Notes: a model not told the origin generated them from the sequence alone. A DNA stretch of 64,000 bases from an uncultured Flavobacteriales bacterium (GCA_905181635.1 CAJIYM010000004.1:78264-142263); one strand, 5' to 3'. Shown: positions 27,352 through 38,821, counted from the first letter of the stretch. A program made the numbers and translations.

Positions 27352-27435
27352 TTAGATATTTTCCTTAACAAGAAGATAAGCGTAATTAAAGATTGTAAAT
27401 ATTGAAAGTGTAATTAAAAAAATAATCTTTAGCAT
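27352..27435 (-). CDS. Candidate 27-aa hydrophobic peptide downstream of ftsZ
   Basis: ATG..TAA frame MLKIIFLITLSIFTIFNYAYLLVKENI, lying between the ftsZ stop (27475) and the hairpin at 27236..27266. Too short for the ORF track; no independent support. Confidence 0.2.
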   Translation of the reverse strand: MLKIIFLITLSIFTIFNYAYLLVKENI

Positions 27436-27474
27436 TATCGATTTATTTTCAACCAAAAGTCTAATTACATTTCT

Positions 27475-29127
27475 TTAATCTACATTATCATGCAAAAAAG
27501 AATTATTTTGTTTCAACTCGGTAGAATTATTTTTCCCATCGCTTAAAGTATAGGTTGATATCTCATTTTCAGCTGAATGAGAATTTTCCTCTAACTCTAT
27601 CTGATTGCGTTTATAAGCCGGAATATCTTCCAAATTTGTTAAGCCAGAAGGTGTACGCAACTGCTGAGAAATAGCCCTTAATCTACTTTCACGCTCTCTT
27701 GCTTCAACTTTCATATTATCTGTGTTAACCTTAGGAATGCTTTCCATAGTTTTTAATGTCTCTAAATCAGCATCTTCCTCGTCACCCATTTCTAAAACAA
27801 TGGTTTTCATTTCTACCTTGGTTTCTTGATTCAAAATAGAACTAATTACTTGCTCAGGATTTTCTTCTTCAACATCAATATTCAATTCAAAAACTATCTT
27901 ATTTTCTTCCGCAATTTCAGCTGTATTTTCAATAGATTCAGGTGTTTCAAAATTCATTAATTCATCAGTTGGAGCAATATATTCTTCTTCTTCCAAATCT
28001 AAAATGTGCTGAGGACTGTTATTTAAAGATAAATCTAGATTAGGATCAATAGTTAATGACGACTCAATCTTATCATTGATTTGAACACCCACTTTTTCTT
28101 GATCTTCATCCAAACCAACAATAGTTGTTACTTTCGGCTTTCTTTTTTCCTCAAAACCTGTAGCCACAACAGTTACACTTACAGCAGAACCTAATTCAGG
28201 ATCAATACCAATTCCCTCAATAATATTCACATTGCGACCAGCTGCCTCTTGTATTTTATTTTTAATTTTAAATAGCTCTGACATTTTAATTTCGTCATCC
28301 CCATTTCCAGTTACTATTTTCAATAATACTTGCTGTGCACCAGTAATATCGTTATCATTTAAAAGAGGTGAATCTAAAGCTCCAATTACAGCTTCAATAG
28401 CTCTGTTTTCTCCTTCAGCAATAGCTTGTCCCATTACAGCTGTACCGCTATTTTCTAGCACTTTACGAGCATCATTTAAGTCAATATTAACTAATAAATG
28501 TTGAGAAATCACCTCAGCAATTCCTTTTGTAGCTGTATTTAACACCTCATTTGCTTTTCCAAAAGCTTGAGTAAAAGTTAGATCGCCATATACTTCAATC
28601 AATTTATCATTATTAATGATTAATAAAGTATCAACATACTTTTTTAATTCTGCTAAACCATCTTCAGCATATTGCTTACGATAACCTCCTTCTGTAGAAA
28701 ATGGATTCGTAACAACACCAACAGTCAGGATTCCTTTTTCACGTGCAATTTCAGCAATTACAGGTGCAGCACCAGTACCAGTACCACCACCCATACCTGC
28801 AGTCAAAAATAACATTTTAGTATTGGAATCTAATAGTTCAGTAATTCTATCAGCACTTTCTTCAGCTGCTTCTCTCCCTACTTGAGGATTAGAACCCGCC
28901 CCTAAACCTTCCGTTAAGCTAGCTCCTAACTGAATTTTAATTGGCACCGGACTTGCTTCAAGAGCTTGTGCGTCTGTGTTGCAAATTACAAAATCTACAC
29001 CTTTAATCCCATGTTCAAACATGTAATTCACAGCGTTACTCCCTCCTCCTCCAATACCCATCACTTTAATTTGTGAAGATTGGTTTTTTGGCATTTGGAA
29101 ATCCATTCCTAAGTCAATTGCACTCAT
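27475..29127 (-). CDS. ftsZ: Cell division protein FtsZ (long disordered acidic linker and C-terminal extension)
   Basis: GIGGGGSNAVN, GMGGGTGTGAAP tubulin signature. 550 aa. Confidence 0.97.
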   Translation of the reverse strand: MSAIDLGMDFQMPKNQSSQIKVMGIGGGGSNAVNYMFEHGIKGVDFVICNTDAQALEASPVPIKIQLGASLTEGLGAGSNPQVGREAAEESADRITELLDSNTKMLFLTAGMGGGTGTGAAPVIAEIAREKGILTVGVVTNPFSTEGGYRKQYAEDGLAELKKYVDTLLIINNDKLIEVYGDLTFTQAFGKANEVLNTATKGIAEVISQHLLVNIDLNDARKVLENSGTAVMGQAIAEGENRAIEAVIGALDSPLLNDNDITGAQQVLLKIVTGNGDDEIKMSELFKIKNKIQEAAGRNVNIIEGIGIDPELGSAVSVTVVATGFEEKRKPKVTTIVGLDEDQEKVGVQINDKIESSLTIDPNLDLSLNNSPQHILDLEEEEYIAPTDELMNFETPESIENTAEIAEENKIVFELNIDVEEENPEQVISSILNQETKVEMKTIVLEMGDEEDADLETLKTMESIPKVNTDNMKVEARERESRLRAISQQLRTPSGLTNLEDIPAYKRNQIELEENSHSAENEISTYTLSDGKNNSTELKQNNSFLHDNVD

Positions 29128-29153
29128 AATTTTTTTTTAAATTTATTAATTTA

Positions 29154-30479
29154 TTAATCTATATTTTCTTCAGTAAACCATCCTGTAAACTTATCCATCA
29201 ATGTCGGCTCAACATTTCTATCTCCATCTGATAGCACCTCATCTATCTCTTTATTTTCATCATGATTAATATTGGTTGATCTTTTCGATGGAACTTTAGT
29301 GTATTCCGCATGCTCAAAGCCCTTCATCACTAAGCCTACTCCAGTAGCATACATTGGACTAACAACAGTATCCTTTGACTCGCTCCCTAAATGTTCATTA
29401 GGATAACCAATGCGAGTTTCCTTTCCGGTAACAAAAGCAACTAACTGCTTTAAGTTTCTTATTTGTGCACCACCTCCAGTAATTACTATTCCTGTCATTA
29501 ATTTATTTTCATAACCAGAAACTTTAATCTGATGGTATACCAAATCAATAATCTCCTTGTAACGAGCACCTATAATCTCTGATAAGTTCTTTACCGCTAT
29601 TTCCTTTGGCTCTCTTCCTCTTAAACCCGGAATGGAAACCATTACATTTTCCTGATCCTCTGTGTACATTGCTGAACCAAATTTTACTTTCAGCAACTCA
29701 GCCTGCTTTTCTAAAATAGACAATCCCGTTTTAATATCCTTAGTAATTACATTTCCACCAAAAGGAATGACGGCAGTATGACGAATAATATTATCTAAAA
29801 AAATAGCAACATCTGTTGTTCCTCCTCCAATATCTACCAAAGCAACTCCTTCTCTTAACTCATCATCATCCAAAGTAGCAACTGCCGAAGCAAAAGGTTC
29901 TAGCACTAATTCTTTAGGGGTTAATCCAGCTTTTTCCACACACCTTATTATGTTACGCACAGCACCAACTTGAGCTGTAATCACATGAAAATTAGCCTCT
30001 AATTTTACACCAGCCATACCTTTAGGATCTTGTATTCCATCTTCTCCGTCCACAGTGTATTCTTGAGGAATAACATGAATGACCTCCTCACCTGGAATGG
30101 TAATTAGCTTAAACATATTAGATTTTAACTTATCAATATCAGCTTTATCAATCTCGATCTCTATATTATCTCTAACCAATTCCCCTCTATGCTGTAAGCT
30201 TTTTATATGCTGTCCAGCAATACCAACAAAAACCTCATCAATATCTATACCTGATTTTTTCTTTGCCTCACTAATTGCCTCCTTTATTGAATCAACAGTT
30301 TTATCAATATTAGCTACAATTCCTCTAGCTACTCCGTTAGAAACAGCTCTACCAGTGCCTAATATTTCTAATTTTTCATATTTATTTTTCCTACCAATCA
30401 TCACAGATATTTTGGTGGTACCAATATCAAGACCAACCATGTATTCCCCTGTACTTATATGTTGATTACTTTCTTCCAT
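29154..30479 (-). CDS. ftsA: Cell division protein FtsA
   Basis: VGLDIGTTKISVMIG, DIGGGTTDVAIF actin-fold motifs. 441 aa. Confidence 0.95.
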   Translation of the reverse strand: MEESNQHISTGEYMVGLDIGTTKISVMIGRKNKYEKLEILGTGRAVSNGVARGIVANIDKTVDSIKEAISEAKKKSGIDIDEVFVGIAGQHIKSLQHRGELVRDNIEIEIDKADIDKLKSNMFKLITIPGEEVIHVIPQEYTVDGEDGIQDPKGMAGVKLEANFHVITAQVGAVRNIIRCVEKAGLTPKELVLEPFASAVATLDDDELREGVALVDIGGGTTDVAIFLDNIIRHTAVIPFGGNVITKDIKTGLSILEKQAELLKVKFGSAMYTEDQENVMVSIPGLRGREPKEIAVKNLSEIIGARYKEIIDLVYHQIKVSGYENKLMTGIVITGGGAQIRNLKQLVAFVTGKETRIGYPNEHLGSESKDTVVSPMYATGVGLVMKGFEHAEYTKVPSKRSTNINHDENKEIDEVLSDGDRNVEPTLMDKFTGWFTEENID

Positions 30480-30482
30480 TTC

Positions 30483-31202
30483 TTATTTTTTTGTACAAAC
30501 AATTTGGTTATTATATGCTAAACTAATCTCACTATAGGTTTGCCAACCTTTAACAGGCATTGCTTGTTTGTAAAACTGATATAATTTTTCTAATTTTTTA
30601 TTTACATCTGTAAGTTTTCCAAAATGTATTCTCTGATTTCCTACCCTAGGTATAATAATTACTTCCTTGTTGCTAAAATGTACCTGAGTGAATTGTGATT
30701 TCCAGAATTTATCCTTATTTATTCTTTCTACAAAATTGAAAATACTAGAATGATACGACTCATTTACATCTCCAGTCACAACCAAAACTCTCGGCGTATA
30801 CTCACTTGATAAAGGCATTTTTATTCCATGCTCATCTAAGTAATAATCATTAATATCTGTTTTAATACGAAGTACCGCCTTTCTTTGCTGTAAGATGATG
30901 TTTACCATACCCTCTTGATTACTAAATACTTCTGAGCTTTTAACGGCAGGATGTTGCAAAAAAGCTATCTCTAATTCGTTCAAATAAAAATCTGAAAGAG
31001 CAACACTGTCAAAATAGAAATCATGTTGTTCAATATATTTTAATGCAATCTGCTCAGTCATAAATTTATCTTCTGAGAATTCAATATCTATTTGATTTAA
31101 GAAAACCATTTGCTTATTTTGCTTTTGATTCGTAAACACCAAAACAATAACCATCAAAGACAATAGCATTCCCCATTTTAATATTTGCCATACCTTTTTC
31201 AT
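30483..31202 (-). CDS. ftsQ: Cell division protein FtsQ (single TM + POTRA)
   Basis: 239 aa, N-terminal TM helix WGMLLSLMVIVLVF. Position between murC and ftsA. Confidence 0.75.
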   Translation of the reverse strand: MKKVWQILKWGMLLSLMVIVLVFTNQKQNKQMVFLNQIDIEFSEDKFMTEQIALKYIEQHDFYFDSVALSDFYLNELEIAFLQHPAVKSSEVFSNQEGMVNIILQQRKAVLRIKTDINDYYLDEHGIKMPLSSEYTPRVLVVTGDVNESYHSSIFNFVERINKDKFWKSQFTQVHFSNKEVIIIPRVGNQRIHFGKLTDVNKKLEKLYQFYKQAMPVKGWQTYSEISLAYNNQIVCTKK

Positions 31203-32607
31203 TAATTAAGCAAATGTTTTATAGGTTGCGCCAAAGTTCCAATGTCACCAGCTCCTAGTGTAATCAAAACATCTAAATTCTTCTCTTCCAATATTTTTAA
31301 TAACATCCTGTTTACTACATGTTTCTTTTTTTGGACTAGTACACAAACCCAACAACATTCTAGAATTTACCCCCTCAATTGGCAATTCTCTTGCAGGGTA
31401 TATATCTAACACAATAAGCTGATCGGCTAGTGACAAAGAAACTGCAAACTCTTGTGCAAAGTCCTTGGTGCGTGAAAATAAATGTGGTTGGAATACTACA
31501 GTAATCTCTCGATCAGGAAATAAAAGTTTTGCTGCATTTATTGTGGCACTTACTTCTTGAGGATGATGTGCGTAATCATCAACATAAGCTAATTCCTCTG
31601 CGTATTGATATGAACATCAAATCTTCTATTTACTGCCTTTAAAAGTGTCTAATCCCCTTTCAATATCTTCACAAGAAAGTCCTAAATAACAGGCAACTGC
31701 TGAAGCAGCAACTGCATTACTAACATTGTGTATTCCTGGTAAAATAAATGATAATCCTTCTTGCTTTTTTTCATATGTCATTCCTGGCATAATATCCATA
31801 GCTGTCAAATCAAAAACCATTTTACCTTCTTTCACTTTTATATTTTCAGCTGAATAATCCGCTTTATTTACTGCTGAATAAGTAAGCTTCATACCCTTGA
31901 TCAGGAGTCGGAAAATCAATCGTTATAGAATCCTCCAACAATAATAATCCATTAGGTTTTATTTGAGATGCAAACTGCTTAAATGCATTATGTAAATCTT
32001 GTTTATCCTTATAAACATCCAAATGATCAGCATCCACAGAAGTGATAATCGCTACATCAGGTTGTAATTGCAAAAAAGACTTATCGTATTCATCTGCTTC
32101 CACAATAAGGATATTTCCTTTTTCAGCTAACAACAAATTTGTATTATAATTTTTACTTATACCTCCTAAAAAGGCAGTAGATTGCTTGCCTGCATGATTC
32201 AAAACATGAGCCAAAATTGCTGAAGTTGTTGTTTTACCATGTGTCCCCGCGACAGCAATAGTAAAAGATTCTTTGCTTATCATTCCTAAAACCTCAGCTC
32301 TTTTGTGTAACTTAAATCCTTTATCCTTAAAATAATTTAACACTACATTTTCCTCAGAAATTGCAGGAGTATAAATAACTAAAATTTCATTAAAAGTAGC
32401 TTCTTGTATGTATTGGGGTATATTTTCTATTGCGTCATTGTAATGAATTTTAATTCCTTCACTTTCCAGTTCATTACATAAATTTGATTGCACTTTGTCA
32501 TAACCACAAACCTGTTTTCCCTTAGCATTAAAATAGCGTGCTAAAGCACTCATTCCAATACCTCCAACACCAATTAGGTAAATATGTTTGTATAAATCTA
32601 TGTTCAT
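31202..32607 (-). pseudogene. murC: UDP-N-acetylmuramate--L-alanine ligase, reading frame broken at about 4 points
   Basis: Colinear MurC homology spread over several frames. 32607..31864: IGVGGIGMSALA, AGTHGKTTT, ADHLDVY. 31919..31626: GIHNVSNAVAA. A segment that includes VNRRFD. The frame running ~31605..31245: [16 protein letters not shown] ... [13 protein letters not shown], continuous with DIYPARE. A final frame [25 protein letters not shown] ending at TAA 31204..31202, which overlaps the ftsQ ATG. Confidence 0.85.
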
Positions 32608-33710
32608 TTTATTAAACCCAATGCAATTTCTGCTATCCTATCTGCTGCATCTTTCACAGCTAATTTTTTAATATTATTACTTAACTTTTCTTGCTTACTA
32701 CTATCTGATAATAATTCCAGTAGCATTAGTACAAGTTTACGGCTTGCATCCCTATCCTTAACAAGTAAAGCCGCATTCTTATTAACCAATGATTGTGCAT
32801 TTTTATACTGATGATTTTCGGACACATTAGGAGAAGGAATTAAGATAATTGGCTTACCTACACAACACAATTCTGAAATAGCAATTGCTCCTGCACGCGA
32901 AACAATAACATCAGCAGCAGCATAAGCTAAATCCATATCTTTTATAAAAGTATACGCCTGAATTCCAGGTCACACCAACCTTATTAGTAATTTCTTTAGC
33001 TTGATCCTGAAAAGAATTTCCTGTTTGCCAAATTAAATTTACGTTAGCAGTTTTGAAATCAGCATATTTTGCTAGCAATAGCATTGTTTATTGCTACGTG
33101 CACCCAAACTACCACCTACAACCAAAACAGTTGGCTTTGAAACATCTATATTAAATAGCTTTCTACCTTCCTCAACTTTCGTATCAAAACTTAAAATATC
33201 TATCACGGATAGGGTTACCTGTAATAATCAATTTTTCATTTCCAAAAAATCTCTCCATATTATCGTAAGCTACACAGACTTTTTGAACATATTTTGCTAA
33301 AATTTTATTGGTAATTCCTGGATAAGAATTTTGTTCTTGAATAAGTGAAGGCACCCCATTATTAGCAGCTGCAAAAAGTAAAGGACCACTAGCATAACCA
33401 CCAGTTCCAATTGCTAAATCAGGTTTAAATTGTTTAATAATTTTTCTTGCTTTTAGCAAACTACTTACAACCTTAAAAGGAAATAATAAATTACGCTCTA
33501 CTCAAGTTTCTTTGCAAGCCCACTAATCCAAAGTCCAACAATTTTATATCCTGCTGCTGGAATTTTTTCCATTTCCATTCTATCCTCAGCACCAACAAAT
33601 AGAAACTCTACTTTATCTACTTTTTTTTCTATTGCTTTAGCAATTGCTATTGCAGGGAAGATATGTCCTCCTGTACCACCTCCACTAATGATTACTTTAA
33701 ACTTTTTCAT
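32604..33710 (-). pseudogene. murG: Undecaprenyldiphospho-muramoylpentapeptide beta-N-acetylglucosaminyltransferase, reading frame broken at about 6 points
   Basis: [24 protein letters not shown] (start 33710). Then LLFPFKVVSSLLKARKIIKQFKPDLAIGTGGYASGP..ITGNPIR. Then DILSFDTKVEEGRKLFNIDVSKPTVLVVGGSLGARS, INNAIASKI, ADFKTANVNLIWQTGN and PGIQAYTFIKDMDLAYAAADVIVSRAGA...NHQYKNA, each in a different frame. The stop overlaps the murC ATG (ATGA). Confidence 0.85.
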
Positions 33711-34827
33711 ACTTTCTATCTGTTGCATCTCTGCTTACACTCAATACTATCCCAATTGCAATACACGAAAATACAATTGAGGTTCCTCCCATACTTATCA
33801 GCGGTAGGGTTTGCCCAGTAACTGGCAATACTTCTACCGAAACTAACATATTTATTAAGGCTTGAAAAACTAAAGAAAACATTAAACCTGTAGTTAACAA
33901 ACTACCAAATACACTCTCCACTCTTAATGCAATCCTTATAGCTCTAAACATTAAAATCAAATAAAACAACAACGCTAACACACCTCCAAATAAGCCATAT
34001 TCCTCTATAATAATTGCATAAATAAAATCGGAAGATGAATAAGGTAAAATATTTCTTTGTGTACTTTTTCCTGGGCCCAAGCCTGTCATCCCTCCATTTT
34101 GTATAGCTACCAATGCTTGTGTTTGCTGAAAATCTTTGCTTTGCTCATCTCCCTCAGCATCAACAAAAAAACTATCAATACGACTTACCCAAGTAGCGGA
34201 CCTTGGCATAATTTTTGTCCCTAAAGGAGTAAATTTAGCAGTCGCATAAATAGTAAGTGCTCCTACAAAAGCAAAACCTATAATCGCCGCAATAAATTTA
34301 ATACGAATTTTTCCAACAAACATCAGTACCAACCCATTAATAAACACCAATGCTGCTGTAGAAAAATTATTTGGTAAAATTAAAATACAAACCAAAAGTA
34401 AAGGCCCTAGAACATACCAAAATAATTCCTTAAAATCATGTAGATAATCCCTTTGCTTACTAATCTGTCTTGCCATATAAACCAGTATTGCCAACTTAGC
34501 TATATCTGAAGGCTGAAATTGTTGACCAGCAATTTGCAACCACCTTGACGCTCCGTTAACACTTACTCCTATAAGTAAAACTAACACCAGTAAAAACAAG
34601 CTAAATAGAAATCCTAACTGTCCTAATTTTGAAAAATACTTAAACTTGATTTTATGCACAACATACATAGCAAATAATCCAAGTAATAATTTAGAAATAT
34701 GACTAAATAAAAAATGCCAACCAGCAGTACTGTATACTACTAATATAGAAGACAAAGACAAAGCAAGAACCACCCCCCAAATTGTTCTATCTCCCTCTAA
34801 ATTGATATTTTTAATCCAAGAGCTCAT
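33697..34827 (-). CDS. ftsW: Peptidoglycan glycosyltransferase FtsW (SEDS family)
   Basis: 376 aa polytopic. [17 protein letters not shown] and [21 protein letters not shown] motifs. dcw position. Confidence 0.9.
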   Translation of the reverse strand: MSSWIKNINLEGDRTIWGVVLALSLSSILVVYSTAGWHFLFSHISKLLLGLFAMYVVHKIKFKYFSKLGQLGFLFSLFLLVLVLLIGVSVNGASRWLQIAGQQFQPSDIAKLAILVYMARQISKQRDYLHDFKELFWYVLGPLLLVCILILPNNFSTAALVFINGLVLMFVGKIRIKFIAAIIGFAFVGALTIYATAKFTPLGTKIMPRSATWVSRIDSFFVDAEGDEQSKDFQQTQALVAIQNGGMTGLGPGKSTQRNILPYSSSDFIYAIIIEEYGLFGGVLALLFYLILMFRAIRIALRVESVFGSLLTTGLMFSLVFQALINMLVSVEVLPVTGQTLPLISMGGTSIVFSCIAIGIVLSVSRDATDRKYEKV

Positions 34828-36147
34828 TTACAGATTACGAACTTGTTTTTTAAACTGCAAACCTCTATCTTCATAATTAGTAAATAAATCGAAACTAGCA
34901 CATGCTGGCGACAACAAAACAACATCCTGCTTATCAGCTAATGCATAAGATTGATTTACAGCCTCCTGCATGCTTGAAGCCTGAACAATGATTTCTACTT
35001 TGCCTTTGAAAGCTTCAATAATATTTTCATTACTTTCTCCTAAACAAATAATTGCCTTAACCTTTTTATCAACCATTTCAGTTAACTCAGCATAGTCATT
35101 ACCTTTATCTACTCCACCAACGATCCAAACAACTTTTTTAGTCATACTTTCAAGAGCATACCAACAGGCATTTACATTAGTTGCTTTAGAATCATTAATA
35201 AAATCAATACCATGTACAGTAAGGACATACTCTAATCTGTGTTCAATATTTTGGAAATCAATCATTGCTTGACGGATAACCGTATCCTTTACTTCAAAAA
35301 CTCTTGCCGCCATTGCAGCTGCCATTGAGTTAAAAATATTGTGCTGGCCTTTTAGGGCTAGTTCTTGCATGGTCATAGTATTATTATTTAAATTAATTGT
35401 TATTTGATTGTTGTTGTAAAATCCACCTTCTATTTGTTTGTTTTTTAATGAAATTGGAACTTTTTTTGCTTTAGATGTAAGAGACTCCATCATTGCATCA
35501 TCTGCATTATAAATTAGTACATCTTGCTTAGTTTGATTTTTGGTAATCCTGAATTTTGATTCTGCATAATTTTCCAGTTTATAATTATATCTATCCAAAT
35601 GATCAGCAGTAATATTTAGTAATACAGCAACTTCACTTCTGAATTCCTTAATGCCATCCAACTGGAAACTACTCAATTCCAAAATGATATAATCATAATC
35701 ACGTTCAGCTAAAGAAAATGCAAACCCAACACCTATATTTCCTGCTACTAGCACATCATAGCCTGCACTTTTCAGCACATGCCCTAGAAGTAAAGAAGTT
35801 GTAGTTTTTCCGTTACTTCCAGTAATAGCCGCGATTTTTGCTTTAGTATATCTAAAAGCAAATTCAATTTCAGATATTACTGAAATCTCTTTTGCAATTA
35901 ATTGCTGAATCAATTCTACATTATCAGGAATTCCAGGACTTTTAATAACCTCATCCGCACTTAAAATCCTTGCTGGTGTATGCTTTTTTTCCTCCCACTC
36001 AATCTCATTATATAAAAGAACTGCTTTATTTTCATCTGTGATTATTCCCTTATCCGAAACAAAAACATTAAATCCTTTCTTCTTTGCTAAAACAGCCGTA
36101 CCAACTCCACTAATTCCTGCGCCTAGTACGACTATTCTTCTTACCAT
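34828..36147 (-). CDS. murD: UDP-N-acetylmuramoylalanine--D-glutamate ligase
   Basis: [16 protein letters not shown] start at 36147 (TAATG overlap with the mraY stop); the ORF-track start at 36204 is an upstream extension. ITGSNGKTTT. Confidence 0.92.
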   Translation of the reverse strand: MVRRIVVLGAGISGVGTAVLAKKKGFNVFVSDKGIITDENKAVLLYNEIEWEEKKHTPARILSADEVIKSPGIPDNVELIQQLIAKEISVISEIEFAFRYTKAKIAAITGSNGKTTTSLLLGHVLKSAGYDVLVAGNIGVGFAFSLAERDYDYIILELSSFQLDGIKEFRSEVAVLLNITADHLDRYNYKLENYAESKFRITKNQTKQDVLIYNADDAMMESLTSKAKKVPISLKNKQIEGGFYNNNQITINLNNNTMTMQELALKGQHNIFNSMAAAMAARVFEVKDTVIRQAMIDFQNIEHRLEYVLTVHGIDFINDSKATNVNACWYALESMTKKVVWIVGGVDKGNDYAELTEMVDKKVKAIICLGESNENIIEAFKGKVEIIVQASSMQEAVNQSYALADKQDVVLLSPACASFDLFTNYEDRGLQFKKQVRNL

Positions 36148-37361
36148 TACCTTAGTTTTAAAGTAACTATTGTTATAACCGCCAACATGATTCCAATAAT
36201 CCAAAACCTTGTAACAATTTTACTCTCATGCATTCCTAATTTCTGATAATGATGATGCAATGGTGCCATCTTAAAGACACGCTTTCCAACACCATATTTC
36301 TTTTTTGTGTATTTGAAATAACCTACTTGTAGCATTACTGATACATTTTCAATCAAAAATATCCCACACAAAATAGGGATTAGTAATTCTTTACGAATTA
36401 GGATAGCAACAACCGCAATGATACCTCCTAAAGCCAAAGAACCCGTATCACCCATAAATACTTGTGCTGGATAAGAATTATACCACATAAATCCAACACA
36501 AGCTCCTACAAAAGCAGACATATAAATCACCAATTCTCCTGTATTGGGAATATACATTATATTAAGATAATCGGCAGCAATTATATTACCAGACACATAG
36601 GAAAATAAGGCAAGTGTAGCACCAATAATTGCTGAAGTCCCTGTCGCTAAGCCATCTAAGCCATCCGTCATGTTTGCTCCATTGGAAACTGCAGTTACAA
36701 TAATTACCACTATCAGAATAAAGAATATCCAAGCAGAATCTTTTGCAGAATCTCCTATCCAAGAAGTTAGGTCTTGATAGTCAAATTCATTATTCTTAAA
36801 GAAAGGAGTTGTTGTTTTTGAAGATTTCTGAGCTAAATCAACCGAACCAATCATTTCAGTTTCTGTGAATAATTTAACATCCTCTTTCACCACAATATCA
36901 GTATGAAAAACCATTACCAAACCAACAATTAAACCAATACCTACTTGTCCTAAAACCTTAAACCTACCAGCAAGACCTTCTTTGTCTTTTTTATACACCT
37001 TGATATAGTCATCAATAAAACCAATTGCCCCTAGCCAAAGTGTAGAAATAATCATAATAATGATATAAATATTATCCAATTTTGTAAATAAAAGGGTAGG
37101 AATAAGAATAGCTGCCAATATGATTAGACCACCCATAGTTGGCGTTCCTTTTTTGCTTTCCTCACCTGCTAAACCCAATTCTCTTACTTGTTCTCCAATC
37201 TGTTTATTACGGATTATATTGATAATCTTACCCCCAAAAACTAAAGAAACTATAAGGGAGGTGATAATTGCCATTGCTGCACGAAATGAAATATACTGAA
37301 ACAGTCCTGCTCCAGGAAAATCATAAGTATTTTGTAAGTATTCGAATAAATAGTATAGCAT
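36147..37361 (-). CDS. mraY: Phospho-N-acetylmuramoyl-pentapeptide transferase
   Basis: [34 protein letters not shown]. 404 aa. Confidence 0.96.
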   Translation of the reverse strand: MLYYLFEYLQNTYDFPGAGLFQYISFRAAMAIITSLIVSLVFGGKIINIIRNKQIGEQVRELGLAGEESKKGTPTMGGLIILAAILIPTLLFTKLDNIYIIIMIISTLWLGAIGFIDDYIKVYKKDKEGLAGRFKVLGQVGIGLIVGLVMVFHTDIVVKEDVKLFTETEMIGSVDLAQKSSKTTTPFFKNNEFDYQDLTSWIGDSAKDSAWIFFILIVVIIVTAVSNGANMTDGLDGLATGTSAIIGATLALFSYVSGNIIAADYLNIMYIPNTGELVIYMSAFVGACVGFMWYNSYPAQVFMGDTGSLALGGIIAVVAILIRKELLIPILCGIFLIENVSVMLQVGYFKYTKKKYGVGKRVFKMAPLHHHYQKLGMHESKIVTRFWIIGIMLAVITIVTLKLR

Positions 37362-38821
37362 TATTGTTTAATTATATTTAATGATTGTTTAAGTTCCTCT
37401 AAATCGTCAAATGGAAATTTTTCACCATTAATTTCTTGATATTTTTCGTGTCCTTTTCCTGCCACCAATACAATATCATTTGCATTAGCTAGACGGCAAG
37501 CTGTTTTTATGGCTTGTTTCCTATCAATAATTACCAATACTTTTTTCTTTTGTACAGGATCAAGTTCTTGCATCATATCTTCAATAATTGCATCAGGATT
37601 CTCACTTCTTGGATTATCGGAAGTAAGGATAACTTGGTTGCTTAAATTACAAGCGACAGCCGCCATTAATAGACGTTTAGTTTTATCTCTATCGCCACCA
37701 CAACCTACTACCGTTATCAACTGCTCAGCGTTTGCTCTAATATTATTAACACTAGTAAGTACATTTTTAAGCGCGTCATCTGTATGCGCATAATCAACTA
37801 TTGCCGTAATTTTTTCTTCTGATTGTAAGTATTGAAATCTTCCTTCAGGTGATGTAAGCATACTCAAGCCTGTAAGTACTTCATGGTCTTCAAAAGCAAA
37901 CTGATTAGCAACTGCATAAACTGAAAGCAAATTGTAGGCATTAAAATCTCCTATCAATTTCACCCAAATATCCACCTTATTTATATTTAACAACATTCCC
38001 TCAAACTGATTTTCGAGCACCCTACATTTATAGTCCGAAACCGATTTTAATGAATAAGTACATTTTTGAGCTTTAGTCCCTTCTAGCATTTTCATACCAT
38101 TTTTATCATCTTTATTTGTAAGTACAAAAGCTGATTTTGGCAAAAGGTCAAAAAATGATTTTTTCACATCTCTGTATTCAGAAAAGCTATTGTGATAGTC
38201 CAAATGATCCTGAGTAAGATTGGTAAAAACACCACCAGTAAAGCTTATTCCTGAAATTCTACCTTGGGAAATAGCATGAGAACTTACTTCCATAAAACAA
38301 TACTCACAGCCTTGAGCAATCATCTCATTTAATAAAAAATTAATTTGCAAAGCATCAGGAGTAGTATGAGTAGATGGAATAATTTTATCTATAATTTTAT
38401 TATGAATAGTGGAGAGCATTCCAACCTTTACATTCATTATAGAAAAAAGTTGTGTTAACAAACTCACAATAGTTGTTTTCCCATTTGTACCTGTTACCCC
38501 TACTAGTTTTATTTTTTCAGAAGGGTTATCGTAAAAATTAGCAGCTATAATTCCCAAAGCAATATTGGAGTCCTCCACCTTAACATAGGTAATATTATCA
38601 TCCAATTTTAGAGGCATATCCTCCAACACAATAACTTTAGCACCTGCATTTATAGTTTGTGAGATATAAGTATGTCCATCTGACTGAGTTCCTTTTAAGG
38701 CAACAAACAAAGAAGTTGCTTTCACTTTTCTTGAATCAAAAGCAATATCTACCAACTCAACATTAGTAGTCCCAATAATTTTTACAAAACTTACTTTATA
38801 TAATAGTTCCTGTAAATTCAT
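37361..38821 (-). CDS. murE: UDP-N-acetylmuramoyl-L-alanyl-D-glutamate--2,6-diaminopimelate ligase
   Basis: [10 protein letters not shown] and the [10 protein letters not shown] (DNPR, meso-DAP-type) motif. 486 aa. Confidence 0.94.
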   Translation of the reverse strand: MNLQELLYKVSFVKIIGTTNVELVDIAFDSRKVKATSLFVALKGTQSDGHTYISQTINAGAKVIVLEDMPLKLDDNITYVKVEDSNIALGIIAANFYDNPSEKIKLVGVTGTNGKTTIVSLLTQLFSIMNVKVGMLSTIHNKIIDKIIPSTHTTPDALQINFLLNEMIAQGCEYCFMEVSSHAISQGRISGISFTGGVFTNLTQDHLDYHNSFSEYRDVKKSFFDLLPKSAFVLTNKDDKNGMKMLEGTKAQKCTYSLKSVSDYKCRVLENQFEGMLLNINKVDIWVKLIGDFNAYNLLSVYAVANQFAFEDHEVLTGLSMLTSPEGRFQYLQSEEKITAIVDYAHTDDALKNVLTSVNNIRANAEQLITVVGCGGDRDKTKRLLMAAVACNLSNQVILTSDNPRSENPDAIIEDMMQELDPVQKKKVLVIIDRKQAIKTACRLANANDIVLVAGKGHEKYQEINGEKFPFDDLEELKQSLNIIKQ

